Source of the DNA: Phallusia mammillata
Lineage: Eukaryota
Assembly (NCBI GenBank): GCA_965637545.1
Contig: OZ281497.1
Coordinates: 20,708,001 to 20,772,000 of the forward strand
Direction: 5' to 3'
DNA length: 64,000 nt
A program made the position numbers and the translations under genes. The stretch's first letter is position 1. Each line of letters opens with the position of its first letter. The notes below the pieces were generated by a model. The model made no database searches. It was not told the DNA's origin and worked only from the letters and a program-made list of their open reading frames with translations. Shown here piece after piece: positions 45,989 through 59,800 of this stretch.

Positions 45989-47851
45989 CAAACAGATACT
46001 CTTCTGAAAACAATTACATTCGTGGCAATTTGCTGCACATCCCATTGCCACATTACCGATAAAATGTAACATCATAAGTCTATTTTTTGTTTTTAAGTGC
46101 CTACAAAACAGGCTTAGTGGTTAACTTAATGTCAGTTGCGTTCTATCAGGGTTCAGAGAACACTGCCAATTTGCAACTACCCCACCCCACCATTTTTCAT
46201 GGTCTAGCAGTCAGTAATATAGCCCTCACATCATTCAATGAAAATCAGGTAACTTTCACCAAGGTTAAATACACAGCTTTTTTCAACTAACACATGTTGA
46301 AAAAGTGCATCAATAGATCCATACTTGGGAGTCAGAGGATAGCGCAGCAAACATTCTGACAAAAAATAATTTAGGAAAGGGTTGTTCAAACAAGTATTTC
46401 AACAACACAGTAATCCTGTTTAATGTAGTAGATATTTTAATTGTTTGAAGGTAAACACTTGTTGGCAAAGTGGTTGATCGCTAATCGTTTTAATATCAAC
46501 AAAAAGCGAAAGTCTAATACTCTCGTGACCCCCAAGTGTTAGGTCTGGAAAGGTCTGTCACGGATCATTTAGCAAGAACAATCGAAGCGTATTTTACTTG
46601 AAGAATTTGCGAAAACAAATCATAAATTAAAAAAATTCTTGACTTTTTTCGAAATAAAAAATGTTTACAACTTATTAAGAACGTTTCTGCAACTGTTTTA
46701 ATTCTAAGGATGTCATGTAAAATTGATTTGACGCAAATTGAAAACCGTAGCCAGCAGCCCAGCACGTTTAGTTTGTAAAATAACTTTTAACAAACCACCA
46801 ACTTGTTTGTGTTAGGTGGTTTATTTTGGAATAAACATGTGTCTATTTATTCTTTTACCATTCAATCGTCAGTGGTATGAAGTTTTTTCACATGTTATTT
46901 GGTTGAGGGGTTTGCAATTTGCATCATCCCATATAAGTAGAAATAGAAAGTATTTGCCGGTTTGTAATCTGTTTTTTTTTCAGGCAGTAATTAATGCATT
47001 TGGTCATGTTTTGTGTTGTTATTTTTTTCTTTCATGTTTAATTGTATATAAAAATGTCAAAAAACTGTATCGATGTTTGGAAATGTACTTTTTAATTCAT
47101 TAAAACAATTTGCACGAAAGATAAACATCCATATACATAGTAGTTCATTCAAGTGACAAATTAAATAAGCTTATATTGGGATAAAATCTGTTGACCAACA
47201 ACAATCTTGACATATAACAAGCGTGTAATCACATAACTTTATTTATAGATTATGAAGAGTACCTTGTTATAATGCCTTTGGAGTTTTCAAGCTTGAATAA
47301 TTTTTTGTCAAATTGATTTTCCTTTGTTCCTGAAATTGTTGTTAAGATTTTGTTGATAATTTCGCAAATAGAATGTTTGGTTATGAAACCCTGCACCCTT
47401 TTTTCTACAACATGGGTTCATACCGGTTTATTATTTGTGCATGGTCTGTTATTTAATTGAAATTAAAAAAAACAATTACCAATAATGTGGCAATGTTTTA
47501 GTATGTACTTATATTTGACCTTTTCCTCTTTGGTCAAACTCTTAAAAGGTTTTGTATTTGCTTTTGTAGAGATGAACTTTGCAAACATTGGCCATATGAT
47601 ATGACAGGTTTTAACAGAATATACAAAATGGCACAGGCACAATGTAAAGTGTAAACTCGTGTATTCTAGGTTTAAACATTTTAAGTCCCTTTTATTTTCT
47701 ATCTGCCGTCTGCTGCTGGCAGACACTGTTCTGTACATGTATAAATATTTAATGGAGTCTTTTTATCAGCTTCAGCACTTTTGTCTTGGTTGTGTCTCTT
47801 TTGGAGATTTGTAGGTTTGTAATCAGTGCATACATTTTTTATTCTGTGTGA

Positions 47852-50800
47852 ATGGCTGAAAATGATAGTGAAGAATGCTCATTGGCTGGGCATTGCAGAC
47901 CTCACCCTCCTTCTAATGGAAAAACTTTATCCATGGAAAATATACAGGTTTTTTATTGTCGTTTGGTTTGCCAGGCTTGCTGTTTGCCCCTTGTTGTCTG
48001 TGTATTTGTTTTTGTAACTTGTGATTCTAAAATAAAATGTTTTGCATACATATCAATATCATAAACTTGGACCATTACTTTTGTACATATATATGTTATA
48101 TACCAGGGGTCTCAAACTCAGACTACTTTGGGGGCCAAAAACAAACTTTTAAGTAGTTGGGGGCCGCACTATCGATATACAAAAAAAAATGCAAGATCAA
48201 AAAGTAAAATGTTCATTTATGCCATTAGCTACATTAAAAACAGTATTGTAATAAATAACAAACAGATATACAGTGTATCCAAGTGAGAGTGTCAACTATA
48301 TTGCTTTGTGTGGAAACAATGGCCTACAATGACGCAACAATGTATAAAGTATGACACAACAATCACAATTGCTGATTTAAAAAATGGGCTTGTTCAATCA
48401 ACCTGTAAAAACGTTGCATATACCACCAATAGAGAATGATTGTATCATGTAAATTCACTGGCCTGACAGGTTATTCCGCCTAACTAAAACACATAACTTT
48501 TAAAAGTTGCATCGCGGGCCGCACAAAAACCCTTGGATGGCTACATGCACCCCGCGGGCCACGTGTTTGAGACCCCTGTTATGTACCTTATCCCACTGCA
48601 TTAATGCTAGTGCATGTTTGATGTCTAAACTGACACCAGCTGTGTTTGGTATGTAATTGTTTTATCCTACTTTAAGAATATGCATCATTCCTGATATAAC
48701 GTGGAATTGGTATTTCATTGTAAACAATTACATTGGCTTTTAAGCTGGGCACAAATTTACACAAAATGTTATGTTACAGTTCTCTTCTTAGCATGGAAAC
48801 CAAAAAAGAGGTTGACCTTTATGGTGGTTAAACAGGCCACAGTGCATTTTTGTGGTGAGGGCAAAATATGCCAGAGTTCTGCAAACAAAGCTTTAATTAT
48901 GTATGTTCAGGCAAGACCTGGTAAATACCTGGTAAAAAATAATTATGTATGTTCAGGCAAGACCTGGTAAAGCCAGTTTTGTTTCTTAACAAATTTATAA
49001 ATTGTTTGAAAGTAAACCATAAACTTTCAATCCTGTAGACATGATTTTCCCAGGATGTATAAAACATAAAAAAAACTATGAACTTTTTTTAATCGTAAAA
49101 GTGTTTGGAAAAACTTTGCAAAAAGTATATAATATTTTTGTCTCAAGAGAAATTCTGCATTTTAGGCATTGTGTTTTATTTATAGGTAAACAAAACAAAT
49201 GTTTTTATCCTGATAGAGAACTTAATTTAAAAAATAAAATACAAAAATGATTAACACAATTCAGTGTAAAATTAATTTCAAATTACATAAATGCGCAAAA
49301 CCACAGTATGAAAGGTCTATCAATAATAATAATGTCTTCTTGCACAAAAATCAAAAAAATGCTCAGCAATTTTATCATGTACACATGTTCAGTGGTAAAG
49401 CAAATCTCTTATGATGACACCTGTAATGTGTAAAGTTGCATGTAGAGCATGTGAGTAATGTTGTGTCTGGGATAACGATGTGGTGAATATATACACATAG
49501 CTTATTTCATATACACATAACATTCCTCAAACAATGTATTTATTGAAAATCCTGTGCGTATGTCTGTTTTTTTTGTGGTCAAATCAACGTAACTTGTTAG
49601 AAAGTTGCAGTGCGTTAGATATATATTCTTGTTTTGAGTTTGCTACTTGTTGAAATTTCGTATCATGAGCACTGTATCAGTGTATCTGTTTTCATTGGAG
49701 TACACAACCCCCCATAAATTCCTCTTCCGACTGATTCAACAGAATAACCTCAATTTTTTTAACATTTTGCTTTGCCCAGCATATCACCGTTTGTGGTTGC
49801 AGTTTTGGTCTTTCTCTTTCTTAAAGATTTTCTGAGTTAGGCAGTGGACAATTCGGGTGTATTCCCTTCTGTATTGTGAGTTCAGATAGCCATATATGAT
49901 TGGATTCACGACTGCATGAAGCCATGAAATGCATGCAACCACCATACCAACACTTGCAGGAACTGTGATACCAAAGAGAACCTACACAAAGATGAAGGGT
50001 TAATTAGGTTTACTATGTAGAGTAATTAAATCTTGCATTGAATAGGAAAATAGTTATTTTATGGCAGTTGTTAAAGATTGAGACTACATAGGGTAGTTGT
50101 TCAGTAGTGTGATGGTCTGTGGAAGACATTTTGCATCAAACAGTATTATTGTGTCAGTACATCAGAAATTGGTTATACTGTGGTTTAAGTATACTTTCGG
50201 AAAATTAACTTTTATATTATATATGTAGAGGCAGTGTTTTTTTAAGGTGTTTTGGGGGACTGAAACGGTCCCCCAAATTTCTCCAGCGGTTTCCCAAAAT
50301 TTGGACTTGCAACTACAACTACAGTTTTTGGTATTTAAAAGAAACACTTGCGGTCTCTTAAAACTACTTAGCGGTCACCCAAACCAAACCTTTAAAAAAA
50401 ACCTTTGTAGAGGTAAGCTAAATCAGTTAACTGTATGCAAATTTCCTTACCAGAACCAAGTATAGCATTGCAGTTGGAAGAATGCACAAGGCAAAGGCAA
50501 TACAGATGGTCAAACTGCTGTACACCAGTTGGCGCTCTCGAGCATGTTTTTTCCTCAGCATCCTGTGCCTAAGATCAAAAATAGTTTTATTACATTGTCA
50601 TTGCAAACCATGGTGCATATAATTAGATCACATTAGCATACATTTATATTTGAAAAGAGGAAATATGTTTTCCCATCTATTTTGGATAAGTTTTAGCAAC
50701 ACATTTGTTCACATGCAAATTTGCTCACCTTTGTCTTCGCTTTCGCTCTTTTCGGTTTGCCTTGGTTTTTCGGTCATGAATTTTTCTTGCAATTGTGCCC

Positions 50801-53800
50801 ACTCTGCTTCTAGGGACAACTTCATCGTCACTGTCGTACTTGTGGTTAAGGCTGCTCGCTGATTCTTTCTTTTTTGGATGCAATCGGAGAGACCAGGAAG
50901 TGTTCGTTTTTAGAGGACTGACATCGTTGTAACTAACGGACTTGTGTGCATCTCCATTTCGTTGATAATATGCTGATCTGGTGCGAGCCATTCTGTTTTC
51001 ACTGTCAGACATGTCGTTTTCTGACAAATTACTCACTTGCAGTTTTGGCTTACCAGGGCTGCTTGCATTACTTATTGACACATTGACTGGTGCAACACTC
51101 AAAAAGTCAAGGTTGGGAAGTGTCGGCGCACTGAGCGACTTTTTACGACGAATGTCTTTAATTTGAAGCCGATTTTCTCTCAATTCTACCTGGTTTTCCT
51201 CTTTCTCGTTTTCTGTGTGTAGTTTTGAAGTGGTGTCCCCTTCATCTTCTGACAAATTGTGATCAGAGCTGTTACTGATAGTGCCAGTCATATCTCTCTC
51301 TGCCATGCTGTCAACAGCTGGAATTTTCTGACTGTTTCTCATCAGAATTGTCCACAAGCTATTTCTTTTCTTTGTTGATGGTTTGGTTACTGGACTTTCC
51401 CTGCCTGATTCCTCATCTTCAGAAGCAGTAGGACAAGTACTGTAGTCAAGTTCAACTGGGGAAAGGGGAGATGTAGTGGGTGACGACTTCTCATCATGTG
51501 CTGCATGTGAAGATTCACTGTGTCCAGTGTTGCTGCTTTTGTCACCTAAACAACAGATTATGGCATGAAAAATGTTCAAAAATAATCGTTCTATTTGAAT
51601 AACCCCTGATGATGCCATGTGTTTTGTGGGCGAAATTAATATCTTTAGTGGTTTGTATTTATAAATACCTTATTTGAGTCTGTTGAAATTGTCAGCTAAT
51701 ATATATTCAACAATAAATTATAACCTACTGGACAGATTCACTTATGCACTATTGATGTTTTACTTACCAATGATTGGTTTAAAGCCTTGACCAACACCTT
51801 CAATCAAACTTGATGGTTTAAACTCATCCCCAGTATCTTCACTTGTGTTGCCAGACTTTGGTGTCTTTGATATTGATATACTAGCTGCAATGAATGCATA
51901 AAACTGTTAGAAATTTAACTGTACAGATTGTATGTTGTTTAATGCAGTGGTACAAAACTACTTGCTTTAAGTACATTTTGTAGGTTAAAAAATGGAAGGC
52001 TGCATCAGTATGAGTTTACCTTTGAAAGTTTTTGATGATGTTTTTCTAAAACTTGCTCTTCCATGATGTTTCAACTTCCTTTGTACCTCCTTCACTTTTT
52101 TGAATATAGCAGTATATACGACAATAAGAATGATAAGCGGAACAGCTTGAAATACGATGTTCAGAGCCATGTTGTACCACCTGGTGAATTTGTCTGTGTT
52201 ATTTTTGTGTTTACAAGGAATGCAAACAGTTTCATCAAACAGAATTAATTACAGTGCAGAAACTTTTTAGCAAAGGTTAGGCACGTTTATCAGAGCATCT
52301 ATTTCAAAATAGCCACAGGCATTTCTATTAGATCATGCATCTTGAAATAACATACTTAACAGCATCTGATACAACAGCAGTTCCAATAGAACAGCGAAGG
52401 GAAGATGGATCCCAAGATATTGCACCTCCTGTAAATACACTTCATTTAAATATGTACAGCACAAATATATATTATTTACATAACAATATGCTTTTAGTTT
52501 CTTTAAACATAGACCTAGCAGAAGTGGAACTTATGCTAAAGTTGTATAAAGTTGCAGATATTATTGCCTGTGTTTTCAATATACTACAGTTTGTTTTGAC
52601 GTATGTAAATTTTGTAGATATACATTGATGTACCCACAGGGAAAGGGATATAGAGTGAATGAAGGCCTATAATTTACACTTGTATGTATGGAATGTATAT
52701 CATTACGATCAAACTGTTTTTGTGTAGATTATATAGTAACAAGAGAACTTACCAATTATAATAGGCAGATAAAGAACTGGTGCGGTTATCCATATACTAG
52801 CGATGCATATTGCAAGTCGACGGCCACTAAAAAGGCGCTGATATCTGTTGTGAAAACAAATGCATGTATTTTTTATGGCTATGTTGCATATTTTTTTAAT
52901 TTCAGTGGTTTGAGGTTTGATAGATTTGGAATTCAAATGATACACTATGATTAGAGACAGATTTGCAGAGTAGCGTTTTGAGAACAAAATTGCATTTAAA
53001 GTGGCATTTAAATTTATCAACATTTAAACAAACTGTTATCATGAGTGAAATGAGTATATAAAGTTTATGTTTATTGTAGCCTTGTGTCACTTTTATTAGT
53101 TTGACTTACACTTCAGATTTTACGATTCCTATATATCTGTTGATTGCAATTGCTACAAGATTGTGCAGTGAACATGCAAGTGAGGAGTAATAAAGATATC
53201 CCACAAATGAGCAGAATCCTTCTGGATAAACCAATTTCTGCAAGACAAAAATTGCAAACTGTGAGCTAGCTATACTACATGTTGATTTAATTCAGGAAAT
53301 GATTCGTTTTGTGTGATATGCCAACATTACAATTTTAAAGAACCCAAGGGTGTAAAAGGTGACTTATTGATTTTCCATCATTTCGCTCCCTAGTGCTCAT
53401 CTTTCACGGCCAGATTATTGATTATTATTGGCTTTTAAATCCTGAGCAATTAGTATCTGATACAAAATGTGTTTTAGAGTCCAGAGCCATTAGCTGCATA
53501 AATGTCAAGTGCTTGTCTTGTGTTTTATGTCCGTGCATGCTATGATTTCAGTACAGTAGCTGTTTACTATTTGACGGCTTGCAAAGATTTTTTTACCTGT
53601 GAATTATTGATGGCAAGAACCTGTTAGGCTTGTGTAAAATGTGTTTACAGTCTATCACTAGGCTGCAACACAAGTTGTGGTTAACTCATAAATAAAAATT
53701 GCACATAGCAAAGATCAGATACTGAGACTGATAGATTTATTGTATATAGCTGTGTACAGATAAGAAAGTCTAGTGTGAGGATTTGCTACATAAGTTTCCT

Positions 53801-56800
53801 GGCAGGTTTGTCCTAATAAGTATTGATATGTGGAAATTTGTGTTCATTCTGGAACTTACTTCAGTTATGAAGCCAGGCAGTGTAAGGGGAATCACCACAA
53901 CTGAGAATACCACTTCGACCAGACAAAGATTTGCAATAAGGATGTTGAACGATGTCTGTAGGTTTTTGTTTCTTGCATATGCCCAAACAGTGAGACCGTT
54001 TCCACCTGCTCCTAGCACAGTGACAAGAAATCCAAAAAACACCCCCATAAACCTCCAGTCACCTGTAAAATAAGTAAACAATTTTAAATTTAGACTTTTT
54101 GTCAAGTTTTCTTGGGTTGCATTGCATTGGTGCTAGATATGGATTAGTTGGCTAATATCTGCTTGTTAACTTATGAGACAGTGTTCGTATAGTGATTCAC
54201 TTCCTATTAGACATGAAGCCATGTTTTGTGACGCACATAAATTGCCACAGCAACAGGAAATGTGTGGGCATGCACATGTTATGCACAGTATCAAAAATGC
54301 TTAATTTGGAATGCACAATCATCTAGAATGTTGCCCACCTTATCTATCTTCAAAATCGCTTTACAAAAGTTTTTCTAAAATTTGATGAACTTAAATGAAA
54401 ATTTAAAAACTTTAATTTTCTTACCTGGTGTTTGTGTGTATAGGATGTCCACCGTGTTTTCACTTTCTGTAGTTGTCATATTCATTTTAATGTTGTTGAC
54501 TGGACCAAATATTTTTGCAACAATGGTAGAATTCATACTTTTGAGTCCTTTTCTTTTTTAGCTTTTACGTTCTAGTTTAGTAGGAAAAATTCATACTAAA
54601 TACAAAAGTCTCTTTTTTCTGTAAAATAACAAGTTTTTAGCAATTGCATATAAAAATTAGGTAACAGTTGTCAGCTTATGTGGATAATTAGATTCTCTTT
54701 TGAACACACCCTCATTTTTCAAACAAAATATACGAATCAATTTGTTAAAATTTATGTTCATTTGCTGGAAAAGCACATCTTTCTAGTCCCAACAACCCAA
54801 AGGAAGGAAAATGATTTCCTAACAGCTGTCTTTTTGTTTGCTATCACTGGCTGAATTGGTGTATTAGGAAAATACTTTACATCTAAAATTGTCTTTTCTG
54901 CTGTAATCAATAATTTTGTGATCACCATGCTGTCTTATCTCGGCTAATAAATAACAGGACATTGCCTGTGTATTAATTGTTTGCTTTGTTCTCCAGCAGG
55001 TTGTTTTCTCAACAAGCTGTTTTCTACACTGTTCTTTGCTGCTGCCCCTTTACTTACTTAAATTCTCTTATCATCTGTCCACATGTGGACAAAATCTGCC
55101 TTTTTTCTAGCAACTGTTTTAAAAAGTAGGCCGAGGTATATTTCCTGCACTCAGCTATTTCCATGTGTTATTGTCACATTGCAGGTCCAACTTATGGTAA
55201 AAATTCTGTTTGTGGTATTATAACAACTTGTCAACATGACATGCATAAGCCCCCTTTTTCTCCAGCTTCTACTATTCCTTGTGCAATGCAGTGCAGTTAG
55301 TCATAGCACAACTGGCTCTCTGCCATCACTGTTTTGATTATGTTCGGTTTGATTACGTCGTCGTTGCTAGCCGGAAAAGAAGACACGAGGTTGATTGTGA
55401 TGTCACACAGAAATGAATTGATGCTTCCTGTTTTGTTGTTGTTTCCATGCATTTTGCATTGTATCGAATTATGGTATTTTGACTCATTTAATAAGTTTTC
55501 AAGTTGACAGTTGTGGCTTGTTTACTTATCCATGATGCAATATGATGATATTTTGGGTTTCCAAGAAGCCCTGCTAAATATGTACTACATTTTTTCCTAG
55601 AGTATTACATAATACATGTATGCAATGCATGTTGCACCACATTTTTACAAAATTAAAGAAAAGCAAAAGTTTACCAGGTTTTACAATTGCCACACTTGAA
55701 CACACAATATTTCCTAAACATTACAATATAACATACTACATTGATGTTTAATGTTGTAGGTATTGTCTGAATGTTGTGGTTGTTTGTTCAATATAATAGA
55801 ATGTTTGTGGTTTATAATAGTGATTGATTTTGAAACAGTCACTTAATGCTGCCTACACAACACGGCCTTCATATGCCAACCAGTTTGAAGGAAAGGGGCG
55901 CTCCAAAACTCTTGGAAGACTAAACTCACTCTCAGCTTATCGTAACTCCAACCCTGGCAGACATAGGTAAGATTTTCCACCTAATTCTAGAAACAGTCAT
56001 ACATTAACAGGTCAAACAGTGCCTTACATTATCACCAAATTATAAGAAAACTGTGCACACTGTCTGCAGCTTATTTATATACTCTTGTCTTTTTTATAAT
56101 ACATACTCTTGTCCTTAATATTCCCAAATGGTTTGTTCACTAAACTTGATAAAACAATGCACAACTCATTCAAAATAATGTTAATATACCTATTTCCTTA
56201 TAACATAGGTCACCATGACTGAGCCAAAAATTTGAAAAAAATTGGAACTTCGTTTGTTTTTTAAAGAGCTCGCCCGTCGATAATGGCTTCCACTCCGAAC
56301 CTTTCCTCTGCTACAACAAACCACAATACAACGTCATCCAATGGCCCAACGTCTGATTCTCCGTCTGTAAACAGGAGAAGTGGTGGCCAGACTGCGGGAA
56401 GCAGTACTCTACAAGTGAATGGTCCCGGAACAGGTATATATAAATTGATGTGACGTGAAACTGAAGTTTGTCATTGATCATTCATAAAATTATCAACCGA
56501 ATCATAAAGTTTGGTTGAGGAAGTATCTTGATTAAGGCTGACAATGAATTTAATAATAGATAACAACAAGCTGATATAGATGATTACATGTGATTATATT
56601 AAAAAATATAATAATGAAAACCTGTAATTGCTATGTTTTGTATTGTTAAGTTTTGAGCCACTTTCATGCTCTATTCAATTTACTTTTTTTGCAGATGAAA
56701 GAAAGCGGTACAGTGGCAGTGATTACATCTTGCAACTTCAACAAGAAAATGAAGCTCTTCGAAGAGAGATTGACTTAAAAGTACAAATATTTATTTCAAT

Positions 56801-59800
56801 GGTCCCTGTTTTCATTCCCAAAATTTCACCCAATTTACATCATAAAATTTCTCTGATTGATAATTTTATTTTTCTGTTTTACTTTGTAGGAGAGCAAGCT
56901 TCAATCTAACATGAACAGCATTAAAACCTTCTGGAGTCCGGAGTTGAAAAAGGAGAGATCTCTACGAAAAGAAGAAAGCATCCGAATTCTTGCCCTCAGA
57001 GAACAGTTTAAAGTTGCCCAAGATGAAAACCAGGTAAAAACGGGTGTAAATTCAAACAATAACAAGTCAAAAATTTTCGTTTTTAATCAAGCACAAACAT
57101 TTTGAAGCCATGCCAGCAATAATCCTGTATGATTTTAAGCGAACTTGTCTATTATTTTGTGACATTGCCTCATCAAAACTATCAATGCACGTTCAACTCT
57201 AAATGCATTTTACTATTGTTTGGGTCTTATTTGTTTTAATATCCATATTCTTAGTCTAACCATATAAAAAGTATTATATCACATCACAACACAAGATATT
57301 GGTAATTGTTTTACTATGTTAAAATTGTATTGTGTTAAATTAGGGTTGATTGACATTTAAAAAACGGGTTTTGCCTTGCGCCCCAAATACCGCTGGTATA
57401 AAACTGCATGAAAAGATAATTATCACATGACTGACTTTTTAATATAGCCAACGTCATCTTTTACAGCCTTTAGGATACAAATCTAATGTACATGCCCTTA
57501 TATGAAGTTAACATGCCAGGAAACAGACATATAAATATGTTGCGATCAGCTCGGGGTAAAATATACACAGCGGCCTATTTCTAGAGTCGCGTACATCACT
57601 CGGCGATCTATCGCCAACAGTGCTGCGTTTAATTAGCAAGCATAAATTAAACAGCTAAACAGTTATAGATGGGCGCACTGGACCTAATTAACTGCCGCGA
57701 AATAGACTCGACATCGATGTAAGTCTTGATTGATTGATTGGGTTCCGAAAGTTTTCTGTTCCGCTGTGGTGTTTTTATGCATTGTGACGTCAGAATGAAC
57801 TGCGTTTCGAGACAATGGCGTCACTTCTTGTAACCTCTGCAGCTGCGGTTGAATAAGGAACCCAACTATTGAACGTTTGCCTTGACGCTGACTCTTCCGC
57901 TCTGGTTACAGTTTAGGTTTGCGGAGAGTTTACCCAGCACCAAATTAGGGCGATTCTCAATGCATAAACACCTGTGGCTTAAAAATAGTGTTTGAAGTAA
58001 AACGCAGAAGAATTAGGTATGATGAAAGTCTTTTGCTCCAAATCTTGCAAATATGTGTGTAGTTTACTCTTCGAAACCGTCTTAAACCCAGCACTACAAA
58101 ACTGCTTTTTAATTTATCTAAAAGGAAGTTGTCTAACAATAGTTTAAGTAATAGATTAAAACCAATTACATCAGGGCTTAAACTGACGACCACTGTTTCT
58201 CTTTTTTCAAGTTTTGTAGTCTATTCGTTTTGCAGTTTAAAGGTAGCGAAGAAGCGTATGCATTTATGCCTTAAATCATGGAAAATTAGTGTTTCAGCAC
58301 TTTAACAATCCAAAATAGAATCGGAAATACTGGTCATTGTCTTTAATCCACTGGCAAAACAAAAGCAAACATAGGCCGGAACTAGGAAGAGGTTCAAGCT
58401 TCATTTACGCGAACTTCTGTTTCGTATTGTCAGGAAACAAACAATAAACAAATTCGCGGTATGTGATCCCTGTAGCTATTATGCTTCATAGCAAGCGAAA
58501 ACGGCTCTCATGTACCATTTGCATTGTAACGTTGCTTTCAAAACTCAAAGCCCCGGAGATCCTGTCCCGACTCTGTATTACGCTTATCACAGCGCTATGT
58601 GAGTCAAGGCATTCGTGTTTCGCAAACGCCGCACGTTGCTGACGGTGGCAGATATTTGTGGACACTTTTCGACACCGTCATATGCTGTGTCTTACGCCCG
58701 CAGACAAACGACTTTGCATAGTAATGGCCTGCTCATCATGTAGCATCGCCACGAGGGGGAATTTGCCCAGGTTGTACATGGCATAGAAAAAATTGACTCC
58801 AAAATGTAGACTTGGTTCAAAAATGCTTAGTCATCAATTAAAAAACAACGGATTGCAGAAAATTTGAGCCCTAACGATTCATGTCATGCTTTTCTGAGAT
58901 TACCAAACTTTTTGTGCAGCTATGCAATATGTGCAGCTATGCCTAACGCGAAAACCTATCCAAACCCTATACTTTAGAATCTAAACTGCAAAACACTCAT
59001 TTCTCGGAAACTATGTGCAATCGTTTTGGCTTGCAAATCATTGATCATGTGACATTGCCCAGCAGCGAGCCAGACATTATGAGAAACTCGCCGACTTTTC
59101 CACCTAAAACCCCAGCGCACCCACGTCATTCGTTGATCGTCACCCAAAGGGGTGTAATATGGGCGTGGTGCTGTTTTGTCTCTTTTGCATTTGCTGGTTG
59201 TGTATACTGGTTCTTGCCAAAAAGGCACGTTCAAAAGTAGGATAACACCCTCTTTAGGCGCATCACTGCTAAAGATCTCCTTTGACCTTGTGCTAAAAGC
59301 TTCGAACTTGAGATTTTATAAAAATAACACTTGTCAATAATCCAAAATAAACATAACAAAAGTTTTTTGGTAGTATTGTCCTGCTGAAAAAAATGCTTGA
59401 ATTCAAATACATCGAAAAAAAATCATTGAATTTTTTCTAACAAATGGCCCCGAAATTGAATTAATTGTTGCTTCGTATTTATTGGCAGTTCGAATGAACT
59501 CAATCGAGTTTAAAATCTCTGCAGTCTGGATCTATCGATTATAGACGTTGAAACGATTTTGGATCTTGTAAATAATTCATCTAGGAAAGCGGGTCGAACG
59601 TCGTGCTGGCCGTTTGCATGTGCGTAAATGTGATTCACCTTTGCTTCACAACACTTTCTGGGACGTACGTACAATGGCTTGGCCTATAAACGTCACTAGC
59701 CCCATATTTCTGTGAATAACAACTTTCCTGCAAAATGTGATTCATCGGTTTTGCATGACACAAAGAGCAAGTTGTGTAGCAATTAAGTTTTAATCTACGA

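Noticed and set aside
50725-51618. Stand-alone 297-aa Ser-rich protein
   Set aside because: It is GPCR exon 8 (51545-50729) plus intron read-through, bounded by phase-compatible splice sites.
56208-56230. ERC acceptor at AACATAG followed by ATG
   Set aside because: Gives an immediate stop in the required phase; the acceptor at 56266 restores MASTPNLS.
58780-59480. Definable MITE in the ERC intron
   Set aside because: The sequence looks like DNA-transposon debris, but I could not pair TIRs or find a TSD.
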